Source: Blepharisma stoltei ATCC 30299 (taxonomy: Eukaryota; Protista; Ciliophora). Taken from it: 64,000 bases of DNA. The DNA lies in contig CBFDEM010000060.1 in the NCBI GenBank assembly GCA_965603825.1, positions 496,001 through 560,000 of the forward strand. Direction: 5' to 3'. The translations under genes were made by a program, and so were the position numbers. Shown here piece after piece: positions 36,941 to 50,060 of the stretch. The first letter of the stretch is position 1. Each line of letters begins with the position of its first letter. The notes below the pieces were generated by a model, which had not been told where the DNA came from, did no database searches, and saw nothing but the letters and a program-made list of their open reading frames with translations.

Positions 36941-38245
36941 TTAAAGATATTCTTTAATAAACTTTTGAGTTGAGTCAATTTTTTCTTCTATAATTGGGAA
37001 GAACTTCTTGAACTCAAGCCAGCTTAGCTCAGGTTTTTCTGACATATGAATGATATCACTTGTAATTCCATTAATAAGGTCATCAATATCAGCATTATGA
37101 TCGATTTTTGATAAAATTAAACCTCTCAAGACTTCTTTCATTAAATTCTCTATTTCCAGTGAAGAAATCGACCCAGATCCATCAACATCACAGTCGTTAA
37201 ATGCTCGTCTTAGATTTCCTCTTAAAAGTCTGCTTTCATGGTGAATGTCTCCGCCACTGGCATATTGCAGCCATTCTCTTCTTGTAATATACCCTTTCTT
37301 CTCTGTGTCGACAGCCCTCATGACTTCTTCCACTTTGTCTAGGGTCACTTCTTTTCCTCTTTGAAAGCTCATTAGCACCCTGATTTCGACCTTATCTAGT
37401 TTTCCAGTCTTCAAAAAGTCACTTACTGAATAAGCAACCCAGTCCTTCATTGCTTCAAAATAATTGTCTTCGGTTACGAGCTCACTATTTTCATCAGCCA
37501 TCATTTTGATCAAAAGCTGAACTTCAGCGTCTTCGAGCTCTTGGATTTCTTCTATTTTTTCGAGCTCTTCGATCAAAATATTCTTATGCGCCACTTTGTC
37601 TCCTCCAATGATTTCAGCTATTTTTTGGAAGATTTCATCAAAAACCGTTATTTTTTTATCGAATTTGATTTTTGCAAGCTGAAAAGACTGTCTCGAAGAC
37701 AAAATTGCCATAATTTCTTGAAATTCTTCATTATTTTCAGTTCATGTCTGAATTTCTTCTAAACTCAGTGTTTTGCTTTCATCTTTATCAATTTCGTCAA
37801 AAATTTGTCTTGCTACATTAAAAATAGTTGATTTATTCGGCACAATCCCAGTCCCTATTTTTCCTAAAGCTCTAGTAAAAGCTCCAATAGTCATAACTAA
37901 CTCATTCATATCAATAGTTCCTGAGTTATCAAAATCAAACAGCTGAAACAGATGCTCAACCTTCCATTGCACAGTAGATTGGCAGGCCAAAACTATCAAA
38001 GCTAGCGTCTCAAATAAATCCACTTGTTCAGTATTCTGACTAAGCCTATCGAAATAGCTAGTTACATCGCTTAAGATTGGACTAAATAAATCATCAAAAT
38101 CCTCATAGTTCAGAGTATACGTGTTTGGGTAGTTGACAGTGTAATACTCCATGGTTTCGTCGATATCTCTTGCTCTTGCTTCTTTTAAGTGGGCAACTAA
38201 GGGATCTGAAGCATTGAGTTTGTATCGAGTAAGCAGTCCTCCCAT
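36941..38245 (-). CDS. Multi-EF-hand protein with N-terminal MG (calcineurin-B/recoverin-like first half; 434 aa)
   Basis: DFDNSGTIDMNE, DKDESKTLSLEE, DTEKKGYITRRE and DVDGSGSISSLE; joined through TGA 37742-37744. Confidence 0.85.
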
Positions 38246-38271
38246 TTTTATCTAATATAATCATTCTCAAA

Positions 38272-39597
38272 ATGGAGAACGAAGTTTGCGATATTTGGTA
38301 AGTTTAATGTAGTGGAAAAGAAATTCCTATTCAATCAATCTCGCTCCACAAGATCCACTGTGAAAGAAATACCATAAAATGCTCATTATGCGGCCAGCCT
38401 ATATCAAAATCAGAAAAAGAGGAGCATGACAAAACCGTTCATGCGCCTAAACCCTGCCCACATTGCTTTATGCAATTTGAAACAAGGTTTTTTGATCAGC
38501 ATGTCTGTCCTAAAGCCCCTAAATTTTGCCAGTTTTGTGAAGGATCAATCCCTAATGACGAATATAATGACCATTATGAAATGTGCGCAAATAGGACTGA
38601 GATGTGTCCTACATGCAAAAAATATATCCCATTGAAAAATTATCAAAAACATATAGAGGAGAAGACCTGCTTGAAAAAAATACTGGAAGAGGAAAAAAAG
38701 ATTGTGGATCAGAAGAGAAAAGAAGAGTATCAAGAATGAAAAAATGAGGGAAAAATTGTGCAAAATAGGCCAAAGCAGCGTGTTGAGAATAAAGAAATAC
38801 AGAACAAAGGGAAACAAGAAATTCAGCCAAGAGCTAGAGGTGGGTATAGGATGCCTGATGCAGAGAATGCGAAGGAAGATGCAAAGGCAAATAGGGAAAA
38901 TCAAGGCCAGCAACAAAATCCGATAAGGGAAAATCCAAAACCGAAATTAATAAATAATAGAGAGGCTCAGAGGCAGCCTAATGCTAGAGTTAACAGAGAA
39001 AATCCACAGCAGCCAAATGCTCTAAATAGAGAAAACCCAAGACAGCCTAATCTTATCAAAAACAGAGAAAACCCACGCCAACCAAACGCTAGAGATAATC
39101 CAAGGCAGCCAAATGCGATAAACAGAGAAAAGCCAAGAGATCCAGCTGCTGGACAAAGAGAAATCCAAAAACCCCCTCAAAGATTTAATCCAAACCAAAA
39201 TGCTAGACCTAATCCTAACAATCGAGCTGGGCAGATCCGTCCGAATTCTGGAAGGGGCCAACCAGCAAGAAGAGAAAATCCAGCACATAAAGAGCCGGCA
39301 AATCATTATCAAAGACCAGCAAATCAAAGGCAAGACAGACAAGCGGGAAATAGGCAGCAGAGGGACGAAGAGTTAGCAAGGCAGTTCTATGACGAAGAAT
39401 TAGTAAGAAATGAGTGGGAACAGCCTGCTTATGAACAAGATTACCCAGAGCACAATTATTTTTCACATGAAGATGGACAAGTGGAAGAAGATATCCTCAG
39501 ACAAATTATTGAGCAATCCAAGCAAGAATTCGAAGGCATTTCTCCTGATGAACAGATATTAAATGCAGCTATTTTAGAGAGTATGAAAAATCATTAA
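38272..39597 (+). CDS. TRAF-type zinc-finger protein (XAF1/TRAFD1-like) with repeats and C-terminal UIM-like motifs
   Basis: Intron 38298-38312 (GTAAGTTTAATGTAG) restores CDIC..HKIHCERN; further CxxC..H..C fingers; TGA 38737-38739; EEDILRQIIEQS and DEQILNAAILES. Confidence 0.82.
38890..39140 (+). repeat. Coding degenerate tandem repeat (NRENPRQPNA-like)
   Basis: NRENPQQPNAL NRENPRQPNLIK NRENPRQPNA RDNPRQPNAI in the translation. Confidence 0.8.
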
Positions 39598-39705
39598 GCA
39601 GATTTATTAGTAAATTGATAGGCTTATACATTTTATTTTAATTAAAAATGATCTATATTGGAATGAGATCATTTTTTAGTATTTTTACTGCTTAGTTAGA
39701 GATCA

Positions 39706-40485
39706 CTAAAATAATAAGCACGCGTTGCAAGCAGCTTGGCCTTTAGCATCACGATTTTTCCTCTTAGATTTCCCTTTAGTAGATGCAACTTGTTGAGCTT
39801 CATCATTTTTATGCATCGTTGTCACTAATGGACTGTTGCCATACTCCTGGCCATCTCCTCCAAGTTTTTCTTCTTCCTTCTGTTCTTCATCGTATTTTTC
39901 TTCAGGAGCATTCTTCAATGGGTCTTTATTCTCTTTTACATTTTTAGGAGACTGGCTTTCCTCAGCAGCGTAACTCGTCGTGGTGACAGTAACTTGCACA
40001 TTTCCCCTGACTTCATTAGATTGCTGCACCTTAGGCTCATTTTTTTCACTTGAGTTGGTCTTTTCCTCTTGTGGTTTAGGTTTGACTTCCTCAACTTTCG
40101 CAATAATTGGCTGGTTCAAAGGATCATCATTTTTGCTAAGAGATTGGACTTTAACTGAAGTCCCAGAAGATTGCTACATAGAAATTACCATCTTAATCGT
40201 ATGTTTCGGCAAGTCGCTTTTGGTTATTGTCTGGGTTTCTTTGGCTTCTTCATTATTAGATACATTAATAGGATGTTCATTAGAAGTTGTTGTAATGTTC
40301 ATGTTATGAGTGGTATCTGGCAATTTTGGATAAAGATCTTTATTTTGGTTCACGACTGGATTATGCTCTGGGCTTGTATTAGAGTTAGAAGAATCTTGGG
40401 TAGTTGAAACAATGGTGACAACTCCTGCAGGACCAGAAAATTCTTGAACTATTGTTACAGGTTGAGAAGAATTTTGTTCCTCCAT
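39706..40485 (-). CDS. Low-complexity protein with C-terminal CaaX-like prenylation signal
   Basis: 15-nt intron 40174-40188 (GTAATTTCTATGTAG) joins two ORFs; ends with a basic patch and ACNACLLF. Confidence 0.78.
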
Positions 40486-40510
40486 TTTACAATTAAATCA
40501 ACTTTTTATA

Positions 40511-43258
40511 TTAATCTAGCTCCAAAGGTGGGCTTTGATCTCCACTTTGGCACTTTACTGTGACTGATCTTGGCTTTTTGAATTTCATATGGAAAGGGGA
40601 GCTGCTTAAATCAAGCTTTGAAGGTCTTATAGCAATTTTTGTTTGCCTTGTTAAGCATTCCAAATCGACCATGTATTCTTTAGAAATTGTTCGCTTGTGG
40701 GCGTGCTTTGGGCCTTTTTTGTTTTTATCACAAGGGATTCCTGTCTGCTCTTGTAATTCCATATACTTCGTAATTCAGCTGCCTAAGACTTCGTGGAGTT
40801 TATTGATTTCTGTTTGCTTTCGGGACAGTTCTTTTTCGCATAAGTTTTTGAAGCCTTCAAGGTATTCTTTTCATCTCTTTTTTTCGTTTTTGTAGACTTC
40901 AAGGGTTTGCTTTTGTGTGGACTCTAAAAGAGTTTTATAGGACTCACTTTCTTTTTTGGCAAGCTCATAGCCTTTTCGCATTTGTTGGTTGAAGAGGGTT
41001 TGCATTCTTAGACTGGTTTCGAGGCTTCGGATTTTGAATGATTCGTCGACTGGCTCAGAATTGAATCTAACTGCTATAGGTTCTTCAGCATGCATATGAT
41101 TCGGCATAGTTGTAAGCATCCTGACCGATCTTCTTTGTATTGAGGTTTCTATAGAAGAAATAATCGGCCTAATTATCTTTCCTCGGCCTGCAGGAGTTTC
41201 TGAAGCTCTTTCCCTTTGCCAGTTTCCATTTTCCAGCTTATCAATCAGCCCAATAATTTTGCTTGACTGATCATGCAAATATTCTACTGATTTTTCCAAA
41301 TTAATAATTTTTTGTTCTTGATAAGTCACGAATTTTCTTTTTAAATTGAATTTTTCTTTCAATAAATTAAATTTTCATAGCAATTCATAGTAATTCCTTT
41401 GGAGATCACAATTAATTAGCCCTGAATGGATGACTTGTTTCCGTAGCTGATGAATAAAAATTTCATCTTTTATTGTCGAATTTTCTTCAAGGACTTCTGG
41501 CATGCTTTGTGAGTAAACATCTTGAGAAATCAATGTTTCTGCGTCCAAAGGGATGTCAATGAATATTTCTGATGACCGATTTACTATAAGAGGAGCTTCT
41601 TCTGTATAAACAGGCAAGTCTGAGCTATAAGCTGCAGATGCTTTGGAAGGGTCAATAAATTCTCACTCTGTAATATTTTCACCTTTATTTATTTTTGTAA
41701 TGTATTCTTCAAATCTTTCGTTTATCTGGGATAAATGGTACTGCAAGATCTCAACCTGCTTTTTCAAGCTTTCGTTTTCAGCAGAAATTTTATTTTGGGT
41801 GCAGTTTTGGCTATTTTGGCTGTTGGTAGCTTTTTGGAATAAATCGTAATTTCGTAATGATACCTCTTCAGCTTTAATTCTTTTTTTCCTTTCAAGGCCA
41901 AGTTCTTCTTCTAGTTCTTTATTTCGTGACTCTAAATTTTCTTTATCTTGCTTCATACTCGAAAATTCTTCATATAAATGGTCCGAAGTGCTGACCTCAT
42001 CTGAAATGCTTTTAAATCTATCATGGCTTAGCAGCGATCCTGAATTAGATTCAAAAAATCCTGAATTTTCTAGCGACGCCGCTTCAAAAGTCAGTGAAAA
42101 TTTTCTTTTTAAAGCTGCAGGAGATGGAAGATTTGACTTTGAGTGTCTTGAAAGCTCTCCTTTTAGCTCCTCAATTTCTTTTTTTAGCTTATTAATAATC
42201 CTCATATAGGCTTCTGGGGATTTTTTCACATTTAACTTAGCTTGATTTTTAATTGTTTTTACTCTTTGGGCGAATTTCAAGGTATTTAGAGTGTCTTCAT
42301 AGTTTCTTGGGTGAGGACTGCAGTTTACTATTAACGTGGTTTTATAATTCCCTCCTAATGATTCTTGCAGAAGTCTTGTGAGTTTTGAGTCTCTATATGG
42401 GATATGCTCAGAATGAGAAGTCAAAGCATGAATTACATTTCCTAGTGCGCTTAGCGACAAATTAATTTTTTTAGCTTCTTCGAGCTTGTTTCCAGTAACT
42501 CCAGTTTGATTTATTTTTTCACAGCCTGCAAGGTCAACTAAATTTAAAACTCCGCGCCTTTCACTGTTATCAGGCAATTTCTGATTGACTTCGACTATAA
42601 ATAACTGATGGCTTCTGGAACTGACTTTATTCATTTTGGTAGAAGCAACAGTTCTATTGCTTTCTCCCATTGATAAGATTTCCATCATTTCTTCTTCACA
42701 GACTACGTATTCTTCAGTTAGTCCTTGAATATAAATCCCTTTACTTGTGGACTCTTTGATTTTTAATTCCCCTGTGCCTCCCAAGAGATCTTTTAAAGTT
42801 TCTTTATAAATTTCAAGCATCGAGCATTTAACCGTGCATACAGCATCCTTAGTTGACGCAGAAAGGGATTCGAAGATTAAAGAGCTTGCACGAGGAATTA
42901 TACCTTTTGTTATGTTATCGTAAATGTCAAGGCCCATCATAGTAAATGATTTTCCTGAGCCTGTTTGCCCATACGCAAAAACAGTTCCATTATACCCTGT
43001 TAAAACATCTTCAATTATCGGTTTTCCCACAAAGTTAAATATTTCAATTTGCTGAGATGAAGGAGAAAAAACTTTATCGTACACAAAGGTGTCAGTGTTA
43101 TTGGCATCATGGTGAGCTTCTATAGCAGTGTCAGTTGGAAAGGTATATAAATCAGTTCGGTTATCAGGCAAATCAGCTTCTATTTCAATAATAGGTCGAA
43201 ATCGAGCAATGACTTTGATATTACTGCTACTTTCATCATGCGAGCTTAGCCTCTTCAT
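40511..43258 (-). CDS. Kinesin (kinesin-1/KIF5-like motor) with coiled-coil tail (915 aa)
   Basis: NIKVIARFRP, GQTGSGKS, SSRSH, DLAGCE and HIPYRDSKLTRLLQESLGGN; four ORFs joined through 4 TGA. Confidence 0.93.
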
Positions 43259-44005
43259 TTTTATTCTTACATGGATAGGAATTATTTTTATTTTAGATAT
43301 TATGCATTAATTGAACTGGCTTGATTTTGAAAAAAAGTTAGCTGTTTGAGAAGGATAAGAGGAGCTTTGCTGTTTTTCTTTTGAACTTTAAGCAGCTTAA
43401 AATAATTCAAAATGGCTAATATTAGCCATAAAAGATGTCATAAAGATTGCAGCCTCTTGGAAGACTGATATTTATTTTTTAGTATGACTGGCTAATATTA
43501 TAATTCAATAAAAACTGCATTAATTATTCAGCTAAAAATTATATTTTAATATATTCTAGATATTTGGCATATTGAATAAACAATATAATGCGTTATAGCT
43601 CATTATGAGAAATAATCATTTTAAATGTTTATATTAGAGATTGTATTATCTATTGGCCTTTAATTATATTGATTCAAACAGTAATTCTTCACTTTATATT
43701 TATTAGTAAAGAATAAAAGGAGGCTTAAGATTTCATAAGAGAAGAGCCAGCTTAATGCTATAAAGTTAGGAAAGACTACACTCGATAATCTAAAATTTTG
43801 TATTGGTATCCTATAGCATTAGTTATGGCATACATATGATATACCATAGAAGGCTATATCCTTCAGAGCTATATAAGCCATTTCTTCTTTATAAAATAAT
43901 TAGGCTAGACAATTCAATGAAAGAGCCTATGCTGAAGCATATTTAAGTATCTATTTCTCACAAAAAAATGCTAAATACTAATCAAAATTATAAAAATTAG
44001 TCAAA

Positions 44006-45769
44006 ATGGACGCAAGAAAAGTGCTTGATCCTCCCTATGCTTTCAATTTGTCTCCATCTCATTTCTTCTTGCAAAAAGAAAACTCAGATACCACTGTTGT
44101 GATTAACCGTGAGACTAATGGAATAACAGTTGAAGAAAAACACTCTCAGCTTCCAGGGAAGCCAAAAGAATGCTATGGTTTCATCGGTATTGCTAAATTT
44201 TCATTTACGAACTATGTGATCGTCATTACACAGGCTAATTACATTGGGCGTATTAAAGACTCTTATATTTTGCAAATAGTAGATGCAGAATTTATGCCTT
44301 ACTCAAGTAGCCAAGAAAATCCTCCAGAGAGGAAAAAAGATGATTATTTTATAAACTTATTGCTTGAATTAATCCGCTCAAAAGCATTTTATTTCTCCTA
44401 CGACTATGACCTTACACACTCTATGCAGAGAGCAGCCAATTTTTCCGACAAACAAAGTGCTTCTTACTTATGGGAAAGAGCAGATTATAAATATTTCTGG
44501 AACTCCTTTTTATCAGAAGACTTCATGAATGCTGGTGCCAGCGACGTAATAATTCCTATAATTAATGGGTTTGTGCAAGCAGAAAGTATCATTATTGAAG
44601 GATCGCCATTAGAGTTTATTTTGATAAGCAGGAGAGACCATAGAAGAGCAGGGACAAGATTTAACACAAGAGGACTAGATGAATCAGGTCATGCAGTTAA
44701 CTTTGTAGAAACTGAACAAATTATAACGTGTTTACGCAATGGAAAAGTCACAGTTTGCTCCTTTGTGCAGATTAGAGGATCAATACCGCTTATTTGGCAG
44801 CAGAAACCTAATTTAAAGTGGGCACCTAAGCCGAGAGTTCTAGGAGGTGTGCAGCAGAGCTCAAATGCAGCTTTTCAGCATTTTACTGAGCTTCATGAGG
44901 TTTATTCAGGAATTTCAATGATAAATTTGATTGATAAAAGTGGAAGTCAAAAGATGATGGGAAACGCCTTTGGTGAGCTAGTGGAAATTGTGAAGGATGA
45001 CAAATTAAGTCTTATTTGGTTCGATTTTCACCATGAATGCAAAAAAATGAAATACGAAAATCTAAGCAAACTATTAGCAGAAGTAGAGACTGATTTATCA
45101 AACTACCAATGGTGCCAATTAAGCGTCGATGAAGGCCTTCCTTTTACTAGAGCTGAAGTGGTTTTAAACCAAAATGGAGTTTTCAGGACAAATTGTATGG
45201 ATTGCTTAGACAGGACTAATGTTGTGCAGTCTGTATTCGCCAGAAATGTTTTGCATAGGCAGCTTTATTCACTTAAAATTCATTCCAAGCCCACAGGAGA
45301 AGCCTTCCAGCCATTTCCAGAGCCATTAGAAGACTGTTTTAGATCTTTTTGGACGAATAATGCTGATGAGCTAAGCTTGCTATATTCAGGAACCCCAGCA
45401 CTTAAAACTGATTTCACAAGGACAGGAAAAAGAACAATAAAAGGAGCAATCAATGATGGAGTTAATAGCGTGACAAGGTATAATATCAATAATTTCATGG
45501 ACGGGAGACGTCAAAATTCTCTTGATGCATTTTTAGGCAAAGTTTCAGTAAAGAGGACCAAAGCAAGCCTTAAAGGAAAATTCAGCTCACTGTACACAGC
45601 TTTATTGACCATTTCGGCGCTGCTATTTATATCTCACTTCACAGCAAGTCATTTTTCGGAAGGTTGGGGATATTATTGGGGAATATTTTTGGTGTCTAGC
45701 TTAGCACTTTTTAAAGTTGCCATGATTTATGGAACAGCATTGATAGATAAACCGTTGCTTAACTCTTAA
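44006..45769 (+). CDS. SAC1: SAC1 phosphoinositide phosphatase with two C-terminal TM helices
   Basis: FYFSYDYDLT, ISRR..RAGTRF..RG, NFVETEQ, QIRGSIP and catalytic RTNCMDCLDRTNVVQ. Confidence 0.96.
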   Translation: MDARKVLDPPYAFNLSPSHFFLQKENSDTTVVINRETNGITVEEKHSQLPGKPKECYGFIGIAKFSFTNYVIVITQANYIGRIKDSYILQIVDAEFMPYSSSQENPPERKKDDYFINLLLELIRSKAFYFSYDYDLTHSMQRAANFSDKQSASYLWERADYKYFWNSFLSEDFMNAGASDVIIPIINGFVQAESIIIEGSPLEFILISRRDHRRAGTRFNTRGLDESGHAVNFVETEQIITCLRNGKVTVCSFVQIRGSIPLIWQQKPNLKWAPKPRVLGGVQQSSNAAFQHFTELHEVYSGISMINLIDKSGSQKMMGNAFGELVEIVKDDKLSLIWFDFHHECKKMKYENLSKLLAEVETDLSNYQWCQLSVDEGLPFTRAEVVLNQNGVFRTNCMDCLDRTNVVQSVFARNVLHRQLYSLKIHSKPTGEAFQPFPEPLEDCFRSFWTNNADELSLLYSGTPALKTDFTRTGKRTIKGAINDGVNSVTRYNINNFMDGRRQNSLDAFLGKVSVKRTKASLKGKFSSLYTALLTISALLFISHFTASHFSEGWGYYWGIFLVSSLALFKVAMIYGTALIDKPLLNS

Positions 45770-47132
45770 TTTATTGGGTAGGATGGCTAATAAGATAATG
45801 AATTCGTTATGATTATTTATTCAAAAAATTATTAAATAAGACTCTTCTTTAATTTTGCTCAATTTTTATTATAATGAACTGACTTTAATAGTTAATGTCT
45901 TATGATTTTATAATGCATAAGAAAATGGATATCTGCAAGCTAAACTTTAAAAAGCGTTCCTCAATGATTTTAGCACAAATATTATCAGAGATATTTCTAA
46001 TGATAGGTAGCGAGAGTTAAAGAGCTTTAATTTCAAGTCGGTTACTTTGAGGCTCTGAATTTCATTATAAATTGTAAATCATCATCAATGGGCTCTGGGC
46101 TTTTCAAATAATAAAATAAGAGTCAAGAAATTATCTAAATACATAAGAAAAAAGTAACTTTCCACAAAAGTGGTTAAAATTCATTAATCACTTTGAAATA
46201 ATAATTTATCAAATTCATAGACATTCGAGACACTATTGGAGATACCATATTATGAAAAATAAAGCCAAATAGGTTTTATGAAATAATCTCAACATTTTAG
46301 GTTTATTTTCTTAAGCATAATATATTTGAATATTTATATAAATTTTATTATTGGAAACTATAATTTATTTATAATAAGCTTCAATAGCAAGTGCTATCTT
46401 AGTTCTATTTTATTATGAATCTAAAAGTCTACTCTTCACAAATAAAACAAAATTTTAATCCATAGAGTTAGGGTATTTATTCAAGCATATTGTATTAATA
46501 TATTTTGACTATTTAAAAAGTTTTGCATTAGAAATCAAAATGTCTTAACTGATAGTGATATTTTATAAATTTTAATCCCATTCTTTCTATAATTTTTACC
46601 CTTTCTTCATATCTTTTTTTTTTATAATTGTAGACAATGGGATATGAATCATCTATAGATATTTTCTTTAAGAGATTAACCAAACTATTTTGAAATCTTA
46701 GCCATAAATTGCGATATTCACCACATAATTGCAACAAAAAAAAGATAAGATTTAAATTTTCATAAAATATCTTTCTTCAAAACAAATTTTTGTAGAGTAG
46801 TGAATGTAGATTCGACGACCTACAAAAATGAAGAAATTGTAAATTTTATTTTTATTCGGGAAAATATAAGAAGTCAATCAAAATTCACTATTAAAAGAAG
46901 ATTAATCCTAAATTAGCATAAGAAATTCCTTTAAAATCAGTTTTTACTATAAAGCAATTAATCATTTAATCATAATTAAAAATTTAGAAATCAGAAGGTT
47001 TTATCTTAAAGTGAAGCCAGCAAGTCAAAAATTATAATTATGATAGATATTAAGAATTTTGAGGAAAATATTTCAATTTCACAATAAAATTTTTAAATAT
47101 GCAAAAATGTTAATTTTAATAGATAAGTTAAT

Positions 47133-47915
47133 ATGTCTAAGATAAAGAGACCTTATCTAAGTTTATCTCAAAATTTTGAAGATGACGAATTTAAAAGAAT
47201 ATTTACAAGGCCAGACACCAGCCCTGAAAAAAGTGAAGGCTATAAAAAATCCACTCGATATAGCCTTCACAAACCAAAAAATAACTCTATGCATGAACAG
47301 TCTGTGAGGAGAACTAAAACATTAGAAGGGACATCAAGGACTTCTGATGTCCCTTCCTTTGTTCATGAGTATCTTTATATTTCTGAAGAGCCTAAACCAG
47401 AAGCAAAAACAGTTCTAGACACTTATAACAGCTGATATCATGACAGACAAAAAAGCTTGAAATCATCAACAAGATTCTCTACTCAAGATCGCTCAAATAA
47501 AAATAAAGAACCAATTGGAATTGAGCCTATTTATTATGATAATTATAAAGCTAAGCACAAGCTTCGGCCCAAGTCTGCTTCAAAAGTGACAAAAATAAGA
47601 GATCAGTCTCTTTTTCAGACATATAGAATTTATAAACCCAAAGTATTAGAAATCTCTCCAAGATCTAAATTTACAATTTATCTAAAATCATCAATTGTTG
47701 AAAGTTCTGAAAAGAAAAAAGCAGAATCATTATCTCTTTCACCTAAAAAAACAGCAGCATCCAGCAGCATTCAAGCTACTCCTAACCTAGAATTCAAACG
47801 TCCACCAAGTCCTCCAAAATTTACCTCAAAAGTATTAGAAAAAACTGCAGAGACTTATGGAGAAAAACTTTGGAAACTCAACGAGTTATCTCTGATGGAT
47901 TGAATCGCAGAATAA
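47133..47915 (+). CDS. Hypothetical basic Ser/Lys-rich protein (260 aa)
   Basis: Two ORFs joined through TGA 47433-47435; TGA 47901-47903 read through to TAA 47913-47915. Confidence 0.72.
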
Positions 47916-47964
47916 AAATGTATTTATTTATAAATAGTAAAAAATCTTAGTATTTTAAAAGTTT

Positions 47965-48501
47965 TTACATATTTAATGCCATTTCAGTCAAAATATCTTC
48001 TTCTTCTCCAAGCTCGTCCATTTCATTCACAATATCTTCAAGCTCATCTTCGTCAATATCCATGTCCATGTCTGATTCTTCTTTTTCATCTTTTTCGCTT
48101 TTTTCATCTTTTTCTTCTTTTTCTTCCTTTTTGTCGACTTTCAAGCTATAATCATTGTCGTCTTTTGGCCTCGATTCTTCAGGTTTCACTTTGATTCTTG
48201 ACATATCTTCGCTGTTCAAGTTTTTGATTTTCTTTTGAATGATCATTTTGTTTAGCTCAATTAGTGTTTCTAGCTCAAGGGTCGCAATCAATTTAATAAG
48301 AAATCCTCTATCTGGAGGCTTGGCATCTGGAACATAAGGTTTTAGCTTACTACTGGTAAGACAGTGATTGTATAAATCAGCTGTTTTTGAGGGAACGTAA
48401 GAAACTTGAGGAAGGCAAAATTCTCTGGTGTCTTTTAAGGGGAGGGCTTTCTTTTCGCCTGACTCAATTTGCTTTAAAAATTGGAGAGGACAGTTTTTCA
48501 T
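47965..48501 (-). CDS. Hypothetical protein with globular N-terminal half and acidic tail (start uncertain)
   Basis: 178-aa ORF; the frame stays open 17 codons upstream (LPFYEYLAHRYQLLLPE) without an ATG. Confidence 0.7.
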   Translation of the reverse strand: MKNCPLQFLKQIESGEKKALPLKDTREFCLPQVSYVPSKTADLYNHCLTSSKLKPYVPDAKPPDRGFLIKLIATLELETLIELNKMIIQKKIKNLNSEDMSRIKVKPEESRPKDDNDYSLKVDKKEEKEEKDEKSEKDEKEESDMDMDIDEDELEDIVNEMDELGEEEDILTEMALNM

Positions 48502-48949
48502 TTCTGGCAGGAGAAGCTGATATCGGTGTGCGAGATACTCGTAAAATGGTAACTATTTTTAAAATTGCTGCATATGGACAAAGAATATTAATTTATTTTG
48601 TATTTAATTAACTTATACGCAGAAAGAAGTATGCAAAATACCAAACTCAATTTAAGAAAATATTGCTTTATCTAAAACAAAAAATATACTTCAAGCTCAA
48701 AATCTCAAAATTAAAAAAATATTTTGCAATCCTACGTTTTATTTCTGTTTTTTGGATTAATTGCCTAAATACCTTATAAAATTATTTATAATTCCATTTA
48801 TTTAACATTAATAATGATTAAAATATTCAAATTCTTATAAATTGATAATCAGAGTTGCCTTTTTATTCATTTTTTTATTTAATCTGTTATTCATTCAGAA
48901 TTCATAATGGCAACTTTACAATTACTAGTTCAAATAATAACATTAGTAA

Positions 48950-49621
48950 ATGAAAAAAACCGGAAGACTCACCTCAGGCAAGCTAAATCTGAAAGAAATG
49001 ATAGACCTCCTTGACAGTGACGGCTTACTTACCGATCTTCAGCAGGTAATCTCAAAAATCCATACCAAAGTTTCGCCTCTAAAGGGAAACAAAAAAGAAG
49101 CATTCATGAACCTTCTGGATCTCCTTGTTACTAAAGAATGGAGGTCTACCACAGCAGCTTCAACCGAAGCTGACGAAGGAGTGGTCCAAACTCCCATTTT
49201 TTCAGCTAAACAGTCTCCAGTAAATTCGAGACCAGCAACGCCGTCAAATTCAGGCATGAGCTTATTAAACTTAAAGCATAAAAGAAATGCCTCAATCAGT
49301 GAACTTACAGAGACTTACGTCAATAAACATAAACTTTTTGAAGAAGGCCAAAAAGAAGAGCTTGATTACTTGGTGACTTTTATTTAGAGCGAATTTTCTC
49401 ATGCAAATATTGCAGTGTCTTTTCCAAAAGCAAAAAGGGACTTAGGGGAAGTTAAAGATGTAAACCCTGGGCCTGGGTCTTATAACCCAAAAACAATTCT
49501 TGTGGAAGAAACTACACCGTCATCAGTGATACCAAAAGGAGGGAAGCGTTTTGAATTCAAGGTCCCAGAAACTCCTGGCCCGTGCTATTACAAGCCGAAA
49601 CGCTATCTTATCTCAAAATAA
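48950..49621 (+). CDS. Protein with C-terminal SHIPPO/PGP repeats
   Basis: 15-nt intron 49373-49387 (GTGACTTTTATTTAG); NPGPGSY and TPGPCYY. Confidence 0.8.
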
Positions 49622-50060
49622 GGTGTTTAAAATAATCTTTTGATAAGTCTGTAACTGATGGATACTGTTTGTCTTATAAATCTATTTGGATCAGCTTGTT
49701 GAGATTATATTTATTTCTACTTATTTAGCCAATGGCAACAATTATTATACTCAGAAAAGCTAAAATATTTATTTGTGATTCTTTTGCCTGCATTTCTTCA
49801 TCAATTATCAGTCATAAATTAAAAATAATTTACCATCCCAACCCAGGAGTAATAAAATTGGATCCATACCATGTGATTAGATTTTATTCATGAGAATATA
49901 GCTAATAATATAATCCAAAGTCTTGGTAGCCAGCTTGTGATTAGAATCCGCATATATCTAAGATAATCGGATGAAATCGATTAAAATTCACCTACCCTAG
50001 AATTTCACTTAAAAATCTTACTTAATTTAACGAAAAAGACTCAAAGTATTTAATATTGCT

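Noticed and set aside
42520-42545. Kinesin switch II reads DLAGCE instead of DLAGSE
   Set aside because: Conservative change with the catalytic G and E retained; not evidence of altered function
48502-48575. Upstream extension of the 47965-48501 gene through a non-canonical intron after ATG CAG
   Set aside because: The in-frame 15-mer would begin CA rather than GT/GC, and the GC-AG 16-mer gives the wrong frame; unsupported without RNA data
49820-49955. Short Trp-rich minus-strand frame, or an ncRNA, downstream of the NEDD8-like gene
   Set aside because: About 44 codons with no recognisable motif or RNA structure
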